Shown: positions 10,033-20,654, counted from the first letter of the stretch. The stretch: DNA of 64,000 nucleotides from Candidatus Omnitrophota bacterium (GCA_044225175.1 JBGAJA010000004.1:145631-209630); one strand, 5' to 3'. A program made the numbers and translations. The notes: generated from the sequence alone by a model not told the origin.

Positions 10033-10736
10033 ATCTCTCCATCCTTAAGATAAATCGCTGAATCGTACAATCCTTCTTCTTGTTTAAAATAATGTGTGGC
10101 AACTAATGTGGTTTTACCTTGAGATTTTAATTGTGTGAGAACATTTTGTACAATCTGGCGGGTTTGAGAATCCACAGCATTCAACGGTTCATCCAGGAGC
10201 AATAGAGCTGCATCTTGAGCAATGGCCCTTGCAATCAACACCCTCTGCTGCTGACCTCCAGAAAGCTGAGCAATCTGACGATCGGCCAAATCTTCAATAC
10301 TTAAACTTTTTAAGGCGTCCCATGCTTTCTTATGATCATTTTTATTCACACGATTGATCCATCCTCGATAAACATATCTTCCCGTTAGGACTAAATCCAA
10401 AACACTCATAGGGAATTCCCAGTCTATGCTACTGCGCTGCGGCAGATAAACGACGTGTTGATGGCAGGAACCCAATGGCTGACCAAAAATCTCAACTTCT
10501 CCCGAAGATGGTTTGAGCAAATTACTGGCTACCTTAAACAAAGTCGACTTACCCGCCCCATTATGACCAACAACGGCAACCGATGAACCCCTTTGCACCG
10601 AAATCGAAACATCCTTCAAAGCTAGCCTATCATCTCCCGAATAATGAGCATTCACATGGATCATTGATAAAGCCGGCGCTTTGGCATCTGGACGTTTATG
10701 GGAATGACTGCAGTAAGAAATAAACAATCGACTCAT
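10017..10736 (-). CDS. Zn/Mn ABC transporter ATPase
   Basis: [35 protein letters not shown]. Confidence 0.9.
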   Translation of the reverse strand: MSRLFISYCSHSHKRPDAKAPALSMIHVNAHYSGDDRLALKDVSISVQRGSSVAVVGHNGAGKSTLFKVASNLLKPSSGEVEIFGQPLGSCHQHVVYLPQRSSIDWEFPMSVLDLVLTGRYVYRGWINRVNKNDHKKAWDALKSLSIEDLADRQIAQLSGGQQQRVLIARAIAQDAALLLLDEPLNAVDSQTRQIVQNVLTQLKSQGKTTLVATHYFKQEEGLYDSAIYLKDGEICTAC

Positions 10737-11668
10737 GATTGCATCTCTCCATTATCCTTAAGCATATTGACTATGACTTGAGCATTATATTTCATCATTT
10801 TAATGTATGTATCTGCCTGACTGCCCTGCGGTCCTAATGCATCCGTATACAAAGCTGGAGCGAGTTTGATATGAGCTTCATCTGCCAGTGAGGCAATCAT
10901 CTTTGAATTATGAATGTTTTCCGCAAATATAACTTTAACATTGGCTTTTTTGATTTTAAAAAGCAACTCTGCCATTTTTTTGGCTGAGGAGTCTTCAGCT
11001 TCCGTTGTCACAGAGTCAAATGCAGCACCCACAACTTCAAACTGATAACGCTCACAAAAATATCCAAGACTATTGTGGTTAGTGACAATCTTTCTTTGAG
11101 GTCTCGCAATGAAGGCCACTTTTTTCATGATCCAATTGTCTAATTCTTTGAGTTCAACAATATAAGCCATAGTACGACTCTCATATGCTTTGGCGTGATG
11201 AGGGTCCATGGACTTTAATGTGTTATTAATCATATTGACCATTCCAACGACATAACGTATGTTTCCCCAAACATGCGGATCAACATCTTCATAGCGATTA
11301 TCACCACTTTTAAATATGGTCAGAGGACTTTCAACAACTGATTTGGCCAGAACTATTCGACTAGCTTTGGAGTTTGCAGCAGTATAAAGTTTATTCATCC
11401 AATGTTCTAAACCAAAACCATTCTCAAAAATTACATCTGCATGGGCTAAAGCCACACTATCAGACGCTGAGGGTTCGAACGTATGAGCGTCACTATCTGG
11501 CCCCACTAGTGTTGTAAGCTCCACTTGATCGGAGGCGATATTTTTAATCCAATCAGCAATAATGCTGGTTGTCGCAACAACCTTAAGCTTCTTATCTGAC
11601 TCTGCCCGAGTCACAGATGGACATATCAAGCACAGACTAATGAGCAGAACAAACCAACACGTCTTCAT
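10733..11668 (-). CDS. Zn/Mn ABC substrate-binding protein (ZnuA/TroA family)
   Basis: DAHTFEPS, DPHVW, HNSLGYF and LYTDAL metal-ligand motifs. Confidence 0.9.
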   Translation of the reverse strand: MKTCWFVLLISLCLICPSVTRAESDKKLKVVATTSIIADWIKNIASDQVELTTLVGPDSDAHTFEPSASDSVALAHADVIFENGFGLEHWMNKLYTAANSKASRIVLAKSVVESPLTIFKSGDNRYEDVDPHVWGNIRYVVGMVNMINNTLKSMDPHHAKAYESRTMAYIVELKELDNWIMKKVAFIARPQRKIVTNHNSLGYFCERYQFEVVGAAFDSVTTEAEDSSAKKMAELLFKIKKANVKVIFAENIHNSKMIASLADEAHIKLAPALYTDALGPQGSQADTYIKMMKYNAQVIVNMLKDNGEMQS

Positions 11669-11903
11669 GACACTCCTTGCATTCTTTAGTCGGATGATGC
11701 TTAGAAAGATCTTCCCAATGCTTTTTGCGATGCGGCGTTAAAAGCCCAGTCCCCTGACAAAATGGACAGGCATTATCTAAAGCTGCCAAAATAGCCCCTC
11801 TAATAAACTCAGAACGATTAGGGACCTTTTTTAACAACTTCACAAGCTCTTTATCTACTTTGAATGTTAAAACTTCAATATCTTTAGGCTTAGGTTTATT
11901 CAT
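11637..11903 (-). CDS. Ribbon-helix-helix (CopG-like) regulator with Cys/His-rich C-terminus
   Basis: VLTFKVD...NRSEFIRGAI (RHH), followed by CPFC, HRKKHW, HH, CKEC and C..H. Confidence 0.75.
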   Translation of the reverse strand: MNKPKPKDIEVLTFKVDKELVKLLKKVPNRSEFIRGAILAALDNACPFCQGTGLLTPHRKKHWEDLSKHHPTKECKECHEDVLVCSAH

Positions 11904-11925
11904 TTAGTCTCCTGATAGTCTAAAA

Positions 11926-11973
11926 GTAATACCAAGTATTACCGAAGTATAAAATAAAAAGAGGATTTGTCAA
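11926..11973 (-). promoter_or_regulatory. Promoter and palindromic operator of the metal ABC operon
   Basis: TTGACA (11973-11968), 16 bp, TATACT (11951-11946). Inverted repeat GTAATAC-caa-GTATTAC at 11926-11942, over the expected start site. Confidence 0.65.
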
Positions 11974-11980
11974 TGAATGG

Positions 11981-13165
11981 TTAAAACCTAAGCTTGTATT
12001 GCAGGGTGAATTCGGTTTCGTTGTCTTTTTGCTGCTGGGTGTGGGTGTTTTCGGAGATCGCCTGATCGCGTGAGGTGGGAAGATATTTCTGAGCCACGTT
12101 AAATGAGAATTTATCGGTGACGTTCAGTTGACCTTCTATACTTTTGGAATAACCCAAACGCCTGGTCTGCCCCACCTGTTCATCTTTTTGATCAAATCTC
12201 ATACCTACATTAAAAGAATCCGTAAGGCTTTTCCTTAATCCAAAATCATGTCCTTGCATATTCGGGGTGCCTGACCACCCTTTGGTTATTAAAGCAGTCA
12301 GTATTTCTCTTTCACTCATAGGTGGATCAGAACTAAAAAGTAAAATGGGTTTTGATAACGTTCCTTTAATGGCCATATCAATATTAATGTCATCTACAGA
12401 TGTAGTTCCATGAATATCCAAAGAAGGATTAGACACATCTCCTTTAAGTTCAGCAACACTCTTAGTCAAATCAATATTGATTCGATCAACTTTAACTAAA
12501 GCTGATTCCATCGTTAAAGAACCCTTCATTTGAGGAAGCTTCCCCAGAGACATAATGGTCAAATCTAAATGACTAAACCCATCAATGACCTGAGTATTCT
12601 TATAAGCAAACTTATCTACCAAGAAATGACCGGTAAAGTGCGGCTCCTGCAGAGTCCCGTCCACATCTAAATCTATTCGACTAAAAAACCCATAAATATC
12701 TTTAGCAAGCATGTCATAGCCAAGAGCTGAGACAAATTCTTTTGTATCAATCGTATTGGCAAAACAATTGCCACGAATTTTATTATCAGTAATAGTTCCT
12801 TCAAAAATAATGGACTCTGAAGAAACATCTAGTTTGGCATGTGTAATCTTAACAAACAGGGTCTTCCAGAAAACGATCGGTAGTTGGAAATAAATATCTT
12901 GGGCTTGAATAACAGCGCCTTTAAAATCTGGAATATTGCTTATAGTCACGTTCTTAAGAGTTAAACCTTTTTCAATTGTTCCTGAATACTCCCCTATCTT
13001 TATATTAGTAAAAGGCATGTAGGCCTGAGCAAAACACGTCACGATGATTTTTGCCCCTTCAGTTGTTGTTAAGAAACCATAGGCTCCTACACATAATGCA
13101 ATAGCAATCCAACAAGGGATAACTAAAGAGGAAAAGAAACTTTGTACTAAATATCGTGTTTTCAT
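11981..13165 (-). CDS. TamB/AsmA-like protein
   Basis: N-terminal membrane anchor and beta-rich body. NPSLDI..IKGTLSKP..FSSDPPMSEREIL resembles the TamB C-terminus. Confidence 0.65.
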   Translation of the reverse strand: MKTRYLVQSFFSSLVIPCWIAIALCVGAYGFLTTTEGAKIIVTCFAQAYMPFTNIKIGEYSGTIEKGLTLKNVTISNIPDFKGAVIQAQDIYFQLPIVFWKTLFVKITHAKLDVSSESIIFEGTITDNKIRGNCFANTIDTKEFVSALGYDMLAKDIYGFFSRIDLDVDGTLQEPHFTGHFLVDKFAYKNTQVIDGFSHLDLTIMSLGKLPQMKGSLTMESALVKVDRINIDLTKSVAELKGDVSNPSLDIHGTTSVDDINIDMAIKGTLSKPILLFSSDPPMSEREILTALITKGWSGTPNMQGHDFGLRKSLTDSFNVGMRFDQKDEQVGQTRRLGYSKSIEGQLNVTDKFSFNVAQKYLPTSRDQAISENTHTQQQKDNETEFTLQYKLRF

Positions 13166-13171
13166 GAAATA

Positions 13172-13759
13172 TTATTTTAAAGATGCCATGATTTCGATAA
13201 TACCTTTCCGGATCATCATGACACCGATTGCAGCGAGCAATAGTGACATCACTTTAGACAAAGCCTTTGAACCATTAGTTCCCAAAATTCTAATCAGCTT
13301 ATCCGATAAGAATAAAACAATTGCAACGATGAGAATATTAGAAAGGACTGCCGTTAAAGCAATTCCTGGACCATACTGATTCATCAACATCAAGGCCATG
13401 GTCAATACTGCAGGTCCAACAATTAACGGGGTCCCCAAAGGCACTGATCCTAGATCGGAAGATCTAGATTTGGACACTTCCCCTGGCTGGCTTAGCATAT
13501 CAACAATAGATAAGCAAAAGAGAATGAGCCCACCTGCAATCATGAAATCTCCCATGCTAATGCCTAAGAAATTAAAAATGGCTTTACCTAAAAAGATAAA
13601 GCCAAATGCTAACAGTGTTGCTGTCATCAAAGATTGCACAATGGTCTTATGTTTCTGCTCTGGAGTAAGAGAGCTAGTCAGTCCCACAAAAATAACAAGA
13701 ATCCCCAGAGGATCCATTGCAAAAAACATTGGAATAAAAGCTAATAGTAGATGATCCAT
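13172..13759 (-). CDS. marC: MarC family membrane protein
   Basis: FFAMDPLG, IAGGLILF, VPLGTPLIVGPA. Start MDHLL after AAGGAG. Confidence 0.88.
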   Translation of the reverse strand: MDHLLLAFIPMFFAMDPLGILVIFVGLTSSLTPEQKHKTIVQSLMTATLLAFGFIFLGKAIFNFLGISMGDFMIAGGLILFCLSIVDMLSQPGEVSKSRSSDLGSVPLGTPLIVGPAVLTMALMLMNQYGPGIALTAVLSNILIVAIVLFLSDKLIRILGTNGSKALSKVMSLLLAAIGVMMIRKGIIEIMASLK

Positions 13760-13874
13760 TTTTAACTCCTTTACTGCCTTCAGTATATCACACACCATAA
13801 TAGCGGCAGGCACCATTTTCTACTTTCTTGCAATAATCAACTCCTTTTAAGCAATATTGTGGTAGATTTTATTC

Positions 13875-15134
13875 ATGTCTTTCATGGAAAAAATCAAACA
13901 AAATCCTGCCCTTAAAAATATTGGCTTATTCCTTGCCATCTTTGGCCCAGGCTTTGTCACCGGCAGCGTTGACAATGATGCAGGGGGCATTACCACATAT
14001 TCCGTTGCTGGCGCTCATTATGGATACAGCCTCATTTGGACACTCATCCCTTCTTTTATTGCCTTAATTGTTGTGCAAGAAATGAATTTGCGCATGGGAG
14101 TTTATACCGGTAAAGGGTTAGCTGATCTCATCCGTGAAAACTTTGGCGTTAAAATTACTTTCTGGATATTCTTAGGCCTTCTCATTGCGGACTTGGGAAA
14201 TACCGCGACTGAATTTGCTGGGATTGCAGGTAGTTTAGACATATTTGGTGTCAGCAAATATATTTCTGTCCCTCTATCAGCCATAGCTGTCTGGATTTTA
14301 GTGACTAAAGGCAATTACTCTTTAGCCGAGAGAATCTTTATTCTCTTTAGCGTGTGCCTATTGTCCTATATTATTTCTGCTCTACAAGCCAAACCCGACT
14401 GGAACCAAGTTGCCGCATCAATCATCCATCCTCAAATTCAAATGAATAAAGACTATCTGACCATGGTGTTAGGAATTATAGGAACTACGATTGCCCCGTG
14501 GATGCAATTTTACATGCAAAGTGCTGTTATTGAAAAAGGCACACATATTGATAATTATAAAATGGCTTTTGTGGATGTCTTAATTGGCTGTATTGCAACT
14601 GTCACTGTAGCGTTCTTTATTATGGTAGCCTGTGCTGCGACGCTGCATCAAAACGGCATCGTGATTAATGAGGCCAAAGATGCCGCACTTGCCCTTAAAC
14701 CTTTTGCCGGAGCTTTTGCATCTCATGTGTTTGCTTTTGGGTTATTTGTGGCATCCATCTTCTCAGCAACAATCCTGCCTTTAGCGACTGCCTTTTATAT
14801 CTGTGAAGCTTTTGGATTTGAAGCAGGGATTGATAAGAAAGTCCATGAAGCTCCTCAATTCTATTCCCTCTTTGCCTTTATATTGATTGTTGGGGTCATT
14901 GTTATTCTTATTCCAAATGCCCCTCTCATTCAAATCACCCTATGGACACAGGTCATTAATGCCATGCTTCTTCCTGTCGTATTAGTCTCTATGATTCTTA
15001 TGGTCAATAACCCTGAGATTATGGGCGACAAGGTGAACAATAAATTCCAAAACATCGTTGGTTGGTCTACGACGATTATTCTCACAGTTTTAACTGTGAT
15101 TTTATTGTCTATGAATTTATTTAATCATTCCTAA
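13875..15134 (+). CDS. NRAMP-related divalent cation transporter (NRMT-type motifs)
   Basis: GPG..DNDAGGITTY and GTTIAPWMQF replace the MntH DPGN and MPH motifs. Confidence 0.85.
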   Translation: MSFMEKIKQNPALKNIGLFLAIFGPGFVTGSVDNDAGGITTYSVAGAHYGYSLIWTLIPSFIALIVVQEMNLRMGVYTGKGLADLIRENFGVKITFWIFLGLLIADLGNTATEFAGIAGSLDIFGVSKYISVPLSAIAVWILVTKGNYSLAERIFILFSVCLLSYIISALQAKPDWNQVAASIIHPQIQMNKDYLTMVLGIIGTTIAPWMQFYMQSAVIEKGTHIDNYKMAFVDVLIGCIATVTVAFFIMVACAATLHQNGIVINEAKDAALALKPFAGAFASHVFAFGLFVASIFSATILPLATAFYICEAFGFEAGIDKKVHEAPQFYSLFAFILIVGVIVILIPNAPLIQITLWTQVINAMLLPVVLVSMILMVNNPEIMGDKVNNKFQNIVGWSTTIILTVLTVILLSMNLFNHS

Positions 15135-15144
15135 CCAAACCAGC

Positions 15145-15918
15145 CTACTCAGACAGTTTTTTAAAACGAGATCGATGAAAGAACAAGGCTGCTGCAAGAA
15201 GAGTTCCTACGACTACAAGAGAGTTAACAAACATTGCAGCCATAGACCTTAGATCGGAAGCAGACAAATTTTTAGCTTCCGTGGATTCTTTTAGCAAGAT
15301 TTGACTTCTAGCCCAGTCTGCCATTTGAGGATAAACGACAAGAACACCGACAACCAAAGTTAAAAAATATGCAATAGCACCATAGGCAGCCCATGCCCTA
15401 AGCCTTAGAATATCAATTCCAATTTTAATACAAAATACACCTAACAAAAAAGTGACAACCATACTCCAAGGTTCAGATAAATTCATACCAAATAAAGGTG
15501 GCACTTTGTGATGTAGCGTCCCTCGGATCACCTGATTACATCCATCATTAATTAATATAAATCCAATGGCCATGGTGATCCAATTTTCATTGATTTTGAT
15601 CTCTTTCTCGACTAAAAGCTTTTGGGGATCAGAGGGAGGCAGACCTTCCTTAGGATTTAGAAATATACTTAAAGCCATATGTCCAACACTTCGAATCTTA
15701 AAAACATGGATCAACAACATTTGCAGAGGAAACACTAAAAGAAGTAAAACTAAATAGATGAAAGAAAGATCATAATAACTACCCCACTTTCCTGCTGCAA
15801 GATAATGAACCCATCCCATAACCACACAAAGCAAATTAAAATCAATATAGGCAGCCCCTACTAGACGAAATTTTGAAGCGGGAAAATTTAGAGGAACTTC
15901 TGCTGGAGTTGTAGTCAT
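15145..15918 (-). CDS. Hypothetical multi-pass membrane protein
   Basis: Several hydrophobic segments. Tightly spaced in an operon-like run. Confidence 0.6.
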   Translation of the reverse strand: MTTTPAEVPLNFPASKFRLVGAAYIDFNLLCVVMGWVHYLAAGKWGSYYDLSFIYLVLLLLVFPLQMLLIHVFKIRSVGHMALSIFLNPKEGLPPSDPQKLLVEKEIKINENWITMAIGFILINDGCNQVIRGTLHHKVPPLFGMNLSEPWSMVVTFLLGVFCIKIGIDILRLRAWAAYGAIAYFLTLVVGVLVVYPQMADWARSQILLKESTEAKNLSASDLRSMAAMFVNSLVVVGTLLAAALFFHRSRFKKLSE

Positions 15919-15927
15919 TGTTCTGTC

Positions 15928-16263
15928 CTATCCATTTTTTTCAAAATACGGTTCATATCTTTCTTTTTGAGAGCCTCTTAAAAGTTCCGGTGCTTTTCCT
16001 GATGTGGCTTGAACCCGAAGAATGTAATCAGAAGCTGGTGAACTTCCAGAAGAAGGATCATAAAACTTAACAATCCACGAATTTTCTTCAGGTAAATAAA
16101 TAGCCCGTGATTCGCTAAGACTTAAGCTAATCGGAGGATTACTGGATTCAGCCACCTGACGGGCGAGTCGAACAGCCTCTTCTTTTTGTATTCCCATGGA
16201 AGGCTGACAGTAAGCTATGGAAGCTAAAAATATTGTTAACATAAAAATCGTAATAGTTTTCAT
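15928..16263 (-). CDS. Hypothetical exported protein
   Basis: Signal peptide MKTITIFMLTIFLASIAYC and GAGG SD. Confidence 0.6.
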   Translation of the reverse strand: MKTITIFMLTIFLASIAYCQPSMGIQKEEAVRLARQVAESSNPPISLSLSESRAIYLPEENSWIVKFYDPSSGSSPASDYILRVQATSGKAPELLRGSQKERYEPYFEKNG

Positions 16264-16271
16264 AAGCCCTC

Positions 16272-17084
16272 CTATTGTTTCTGATAATATTTCATCGCTT
16301 CAGGAATTTCAGCCTGAATATTTTTAATGCGTGTCTGATCCGAAGGATGCGTACTTAAAAATTCTAACGGAGCTTTTCCATCTTTGGATCTTGCCATCCT
16401 TTCCCAGAAGGCTACTGCTGCATTTGGATCATACCCTGCCATCGACATAAAGATCAACCCCAAATGATCCGCTTCACTTTCTTGCATACGACTGTAAGGC
16501 AATAAAATTCCATATTGGCTGCCAGCATTAAAAGCGGTCATCCAAAGTTTTTTGGTTTCTTCGGGTTTATTTTGGAGGGCCGCTGACAACGTAAACTCTC
16601 CTAAAGAAGAAAGCAATCCCTGACTCATTCGCTCATTGCCATGTTGGGCAATGGCATGGGCAATCTCATGAGACATAACAACAGCAAGCCCCGAATCATC
16701 CTGGGCAACCGGTAGAATTCCAGTATACACAACAACCTTTCCTCCTGGCATGCACCATGCATTGACATCTTTACTTTCAACTAAATTAAACTCCCACTTA
16801 TAGTTCTTTATCTTGTCTGACAAATTATTCTGCTGCATATACTGTTCAACAGCCCTTTGAATTCGCCCCCCAACCCTCTTGACCATCTGAGCCTGTGTTT
16901 GATTTGTACTTAACTTATTTGATTTTAAAAACTCCCCGTATTCCTGAGCACTCATAGAAAGCATCACATCAGAGGGAATAAAATCCAACTGACGACGACC
17001 AGTTAACGGTACCGTTGAACATGAAGTAAAAATAAAACAAAAAATACAAAAGATCATAACAAGTTTTAACTGATTCTTCATCAT
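16272..17084 (-). CDS. M48 family Zn metallopeptidase lipoprotein
   Basis: Lipobox FTSC, VPLTGRRQL, NAWCMPGG, HEIAH, ESEAD, FLSTHP. Confidence 0.92.
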   Translation of the reverse strand: MMKNQLKLVMIFCIFCFIFTSCSTVPLTGRRQLDFIPSDVMLSMSAQEYGEFLKSNKLSTNQTQAQMVKRVGGRIQRAVEQYMQQNNLSDKIKNYKWEFNLVESKDVNAWCMPGGKVVVYTGILPVAQDDSGLAVVMSHEIAHAIAQHGNERMSQGLLSSLGEFTLSAALQNKPEETKKLWMTAFNAGSQYGILLPYSRMQESEADHLGLIFMSMAGYDPNAAVAFWERMARSKDGKAPLEFLSTHPSDQTRIKNIQAEIPEAMKYYQKQ

Positions 17085-17095
17085 TCCTTCTCCTT

Positions 17096-20020
17096 TTACA
17101 ATATTGAGAAACTTTTGATTGCTTGGATCAAACTTGCCGTATCGTCACCTTTATTAAAATAACCAGAAGCTCCAGCATCTTTCATTGCCTGGGACATTTC
17201 ACTTTCAGCCTGCACGGAAAGCCCAATGATCTTACAACGTAGATGTCGTTTAGATAAAATCTTAGTCGCTTCAATGCCATTCATAATAGGCATATTAACA
17301 TCCATAAGAATGATATCAGGATCTGCTATTTCTGCTTTTTGGATGGCTTCCTCTCCATTTGCAGCCTCAATTACTTCCCTAATAAATGATTGTGACTTAA
17401 GAAGGCTTGCGATCGATTGACGGATGATAGGATGATCATCAACAACTAAGACAAGCATACCTTCTTTAGCCGATCGCTCTCTAGCAAATGATTTCTCATG
17501 AAAAATATCTATTTTCTTTTCTCCTGCACGAATTTCATCTGGAACCGTCAAGGTAAAAATGGATCCTTGAGAAAGAATGGATGATATCTTTAAATCACCC
17601 CCTAAAGCTTTAATTCTTTCTCTGATACTAAACAAACCAAAACCACCTTTATCATGCATACCAAGATTTGCCAAATTAAACCCAATACCTTTATCTTCAA
17701 CAATCACTTGAATAACACCATCTAATCGCTCGACAGTCACAAAGCATTCACTGACCTTCGCATACTTAACAGCATTGAATATTAGTTCCTGAACGCATTG
17801 ATAAATTAAAACTTTAATTAAATCACTTCCTGGTTCTATGTCGGATGAAATCAATAGATGGGTATATATTTTGTGCTGATCTTCCATCTTCTGGGCCAAA
17901 AAACGTAATCCCGCAGCTAAACCTCCCTCATAAAGGACAGGTGGTCGCAGGTCCGCTGTTAACTGTCGAGAAGAATCTGCCGCTTGTTCAATATAAGACC
18001 GGGCCTCATCCAATCCTTTTTTATCAAGACTCACAGCTTTCTTTTCAAGCAAATCCAATCGCATCTTAGCCGCAACAAGATATTGCTGAAGATGATCATG
18101 CAGAACCTCTGCAAGCCGGCGACGTTCTTTCTGTTCTACTTGAGTTAATTCAACAGCCAATTTTCTTAAACGTTCCGTTTGATCCTCTAAGGACTTGGTG
18201 CGATCTTTAACTCTTGCCTCAAGCGCTTCTGTCAGTAAACGAAGACTTTGCTCACTTTCTTCCAAACTTTGAATAGTACTTGCCCGCTCAAGGGATTCCC
18301 AACACCTACTCACAACTAAACTCACCAATTCAATTTCCTCAGGAGTCCATTGACGAGGAAATTTTTGATGAACAGCCATAGCCGCCGTAAATTTTCCTGC
18401 CTTGTGGAGAGGAACACAAATAACAGCTCGAATAGCGGTTGCCCTATAGGCCGCTAGATCTTTCTTTGTTATTCTAGGATCTTGATCCGTATCCGAAACA
18501 ATAAACGGTTGATTAGCAAGCATAATCCTTTGACATTCAGCGCCAAAAGCAGCAACAGGCCATCGCCCTTTAATTGTCGGCACACTCTTAGGATAATCCC
18601 CAGTAATTACAAAAATTTTTCCATTTTCTTCAATCTGTGCGTAAGCACATCGATTCACATTTAAATGTTCACCAAGCATACAGGCAGTTACAGCCATAAT
18701 CGCATCCGGATGAGTAAGACTTTGGGTAGCCGTGTTTAAATCCACGAGAAAACGCAGCGTTTCTTCATCTTTTTTTCTCTGTGTCACATCTTGAATTGTA
18801 CCGCGCAAGCCTATGATATTTCTTTGCTCATCATAAACAGCTTCTCCTCGATTAGTAATCCATTGGACTGTGCCATCAGCTTTCCTGGATTCTAAATCAA
18901 GCTCATAACTGACACCATTTTGAAGAGCATTTTCCACTGCTACTTTGACCTTCTCCCAACTCTGGTCGGTATAATGATAAAGCGCTTTGTTATCAGGAAG
19001 AAAAGATGGGTAAGAATCTTGCGCAGGCAGTCCCTTGATAAAGAAAACTTCTGGAGATACCGATACCTTTCTTGTTTTTGCATCCATATACCAACTTCCG
19101 ATATGAGCTAACTGTTGAGCTTCCTGTAATTCTTTTTCTTTTTGTTTAAGCGCATTCTGAGCGAGGTATTGGGAAGAAATGCGGGCATTTAGTTCTTTAG
19201 CATTCAAATAAAGAATGCCCCCAATGATAAGGATAAAAAACAAGGTCCTTAAAGCGGTCCCCGTTGCAAAATCATATAAACCTAAATGATCTCCTTGCAG
19301 CCTCAAAAACCCTGTTAAAATTGCGAAAAAAACAGCAGGAATAAAGAATTTTAAAATTAATTGCCGACCCGTATCTGTTGTAGTAAATTCCTTCATCATT
19401 CCTTCATAAGGTTTAATTAAGATGATCGAAATTCCCACGCAAATTAGCAAAATAGCACTTGGCAAAGCAATGGCAGTAAAAGATGCCATGCCAAACATAA
19501 CTTTTGCATTAAATAAATATCCTAAGAGTCCTGTCAAGCCAATCAAGACAACAATACTCCCCAAAATTTGTACATAAATAATCTTGAACCTTGATGAGGT
19601 TGAAAATAAAAGTGCAGTACCTGCTAATGTAAAGGACAATGAGGCTGGTATTCCCATTCGGTTGGGATGTATTACACCTAGAGCTCCTGGGGGTTCTCGA
19701 GCCAAAAGATTATCGATACCAAATTCAAATTTGAATATATTTTCCACTAGAGTTAAGAAACCAATCGCGAGAACAATTCCGGAAATCAACCTTACTACAT
19801 TCAAAACAATCGCCTTTCGAACCAAACTCACATGTAAGGCAATGGTGATTCCTAATAATAAGAAACAAAAAGCTGTGTTAGTTTTCATGGTAATTGCTGT
19901 CAATCCCTGCAAAGCAAAATCCCCAAAAAACCATTGCCATAGATGAAAACCGCCCATGAAGACAGTGAAACCAGAGAGAATTTGCACGGTCAAAATGTAT
20001 GAATCAAAAACCATTACCAT
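17096..20020 (-). CDS. Hybrid sensor kinase (membrane domain, PAS, GAF, HisKA_3, HATPase, REC)
   Basis: AHIGSW..PAS, GAF (VICVPL), ERRRLAEVLHDHLQQ, VQELIFNAVKYA, GFGLFSIRER, C-terminal VVDDH..MDVNMP. Confidence 0.9.
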   Translation of the reverse strand: MVMVFDSYILTVQILSGFTVFMGGFHLWQWFFGDFALQGLTAITMKTNTAFCFLLLGITIALHVSLVRKAIVLNVVRLISGIVLAIGFLTLVENIFKFEFGIDNLLAREPPGALGVIHPNRMGIPASLSFTLAGTALLFSTSSRFKIIYVQILGSIVVLIGLTGLLGYLFNAKVMFGMASFTAIALPSAILLICVGISIILIKPYEGMMKEFTTTDTGRQLILKFFIPAVFFAILTGFLRLQGDHLGLYDFATGTALRTLFFILIIGGILYLNAKELNARISSQYLAQNALKQKEKELQEAQQLAHIGSWYMDAKTRKVSVSPEVFFIKGLPAQDSYPSFLPDNKALYHYTDQSWEKVKVAVENALQNGVSYELDLESRKADGTVQWITNRGEAVYDEQRNIIGLRGTIQDVTQRKKDEETLRFLVDLNTATQSLTHPDAIMAVTACMLGEHLNVNRCAYAQIEENGKIFVITGDYPKSVPTIKGRWPVAAFGAECQRIMLANQPFIVSDTDQDPRITKKDLAAYRATAIRAVICVPLHKAGKFTAAMAVHQKFPRQWTPEEIELVSLVVSRCWESLERASTIQSLEESEQSLRLLTEALEARVKDRTKSLEDQTERLRKLAVELTQVEQKERRRLAEVLHDHLQQYLVAAKMRLDLLEKKAVSLDKKGLDEARSYIEQAADSSRQLTADLRPPVLYEGGLAAGLRFLAQKMEDQHKIYTHLLISSDIEPGSDLIKVLIYQCVQELIFNAVKYAKVSECFVTVERLDGVIQVIVEDKGIGFNLANLGMHDKGGFGLFSIRERIKALGGDLKISSILSQGSIFTLTVPDEIRAGEKKIDIFHEKSFARERSAKEGMLVLVVDDHPIIRQSIASLLKSQSFIREVIEAANGEEAIQKAEIADPDIILMDVNMPIMNGIEATKILSKRHLRCKIIGLSVQAESEMSQAMKDAGASGYFNKGDDTASLIQAIKSFSIL

Positions 20021-20102
20021 TCCTTCTAATGATTAAAAATGTTCTTCCAATACTGAACAATCTTACTGCGGATTATTAATTAAAGCAACTTACCAAGGAA
20101 AG

Positions 20103-20130
20103 AATTAAGCTGAGGTTAAAATAGGATGAA
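20103..20130 (-). promoter_or_regulatory. Pho-box-like 11-bp-periodic site upstream of the hybrid kinase
   Basis: TTCATC-CTATT-TTAACC-TCAGC-TTAATT on the minus strand. Confidence 0.5.
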
Positions 20131-20150
20131 CAATCATCGATCTCATTGTT

Positions 20151-20654
20151 TTACTGTGCTTTGTTCTTGAGCATATATCGCACCAATGCTTCATTGGATT
20201 GATGTAATCTTCGGGCTGTTTCTCTGGCTATATTAAGGATCAACATTCCAAAGAGTTCTTTATCAGTTTCGTAGATGTTAAGTAAGCAATGAGGTTCCAA
20301 GATAATTAACTGGGTGGGTTTGATAGCTAAAGCACTCGATGAATGCGATTGGATTCCGATGACAGAGGTTTCCCCAAAACAATCTCCATCTTTAAAAGAA
20401 ATCAATTCTAGACATATAGCCTCATTATCAATGAGCATTTTAACTTCGCCTTGTTTAATAATATAAATGTAACTGGACGCATCCCCTCTTTTATAGATGA
20501 ACTCTCCTTCATCATAGCTAACCGTCTTAAGCAATCGAAAGATCTCCTCTAATTGATGAGAGCTCAATCCCCCAAAGATAGAAATCTTCTTAATCATGGG
20601 AATAATGTCTTGGGGATTGGTCAGAGGAGAATATATCTTGGTCATAGCTGTCAT
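20151..20654 (-). CDS. Cyclic nucleotide-binding domain protein
   Basis: YDEGEFIYKRGD, IYIIKQGEV, GDCFGE. No HTH. Confidence 0.85.
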   Translation of the reverse strand: MTAMTKIYSPLTNPQDIIPMIKKISIFGGLSSHQLEEIFRLLKTVSYDEGEFIYKRGDASSYIYIIKQGEVKMLIDNEAICLELISFKDGDCFGETSVIGIQSHSSSALAIKPTQLIILEPHCLLNIYETDKELFGMLILNIARETARRLHQSNEALVRYMLKNKAQ

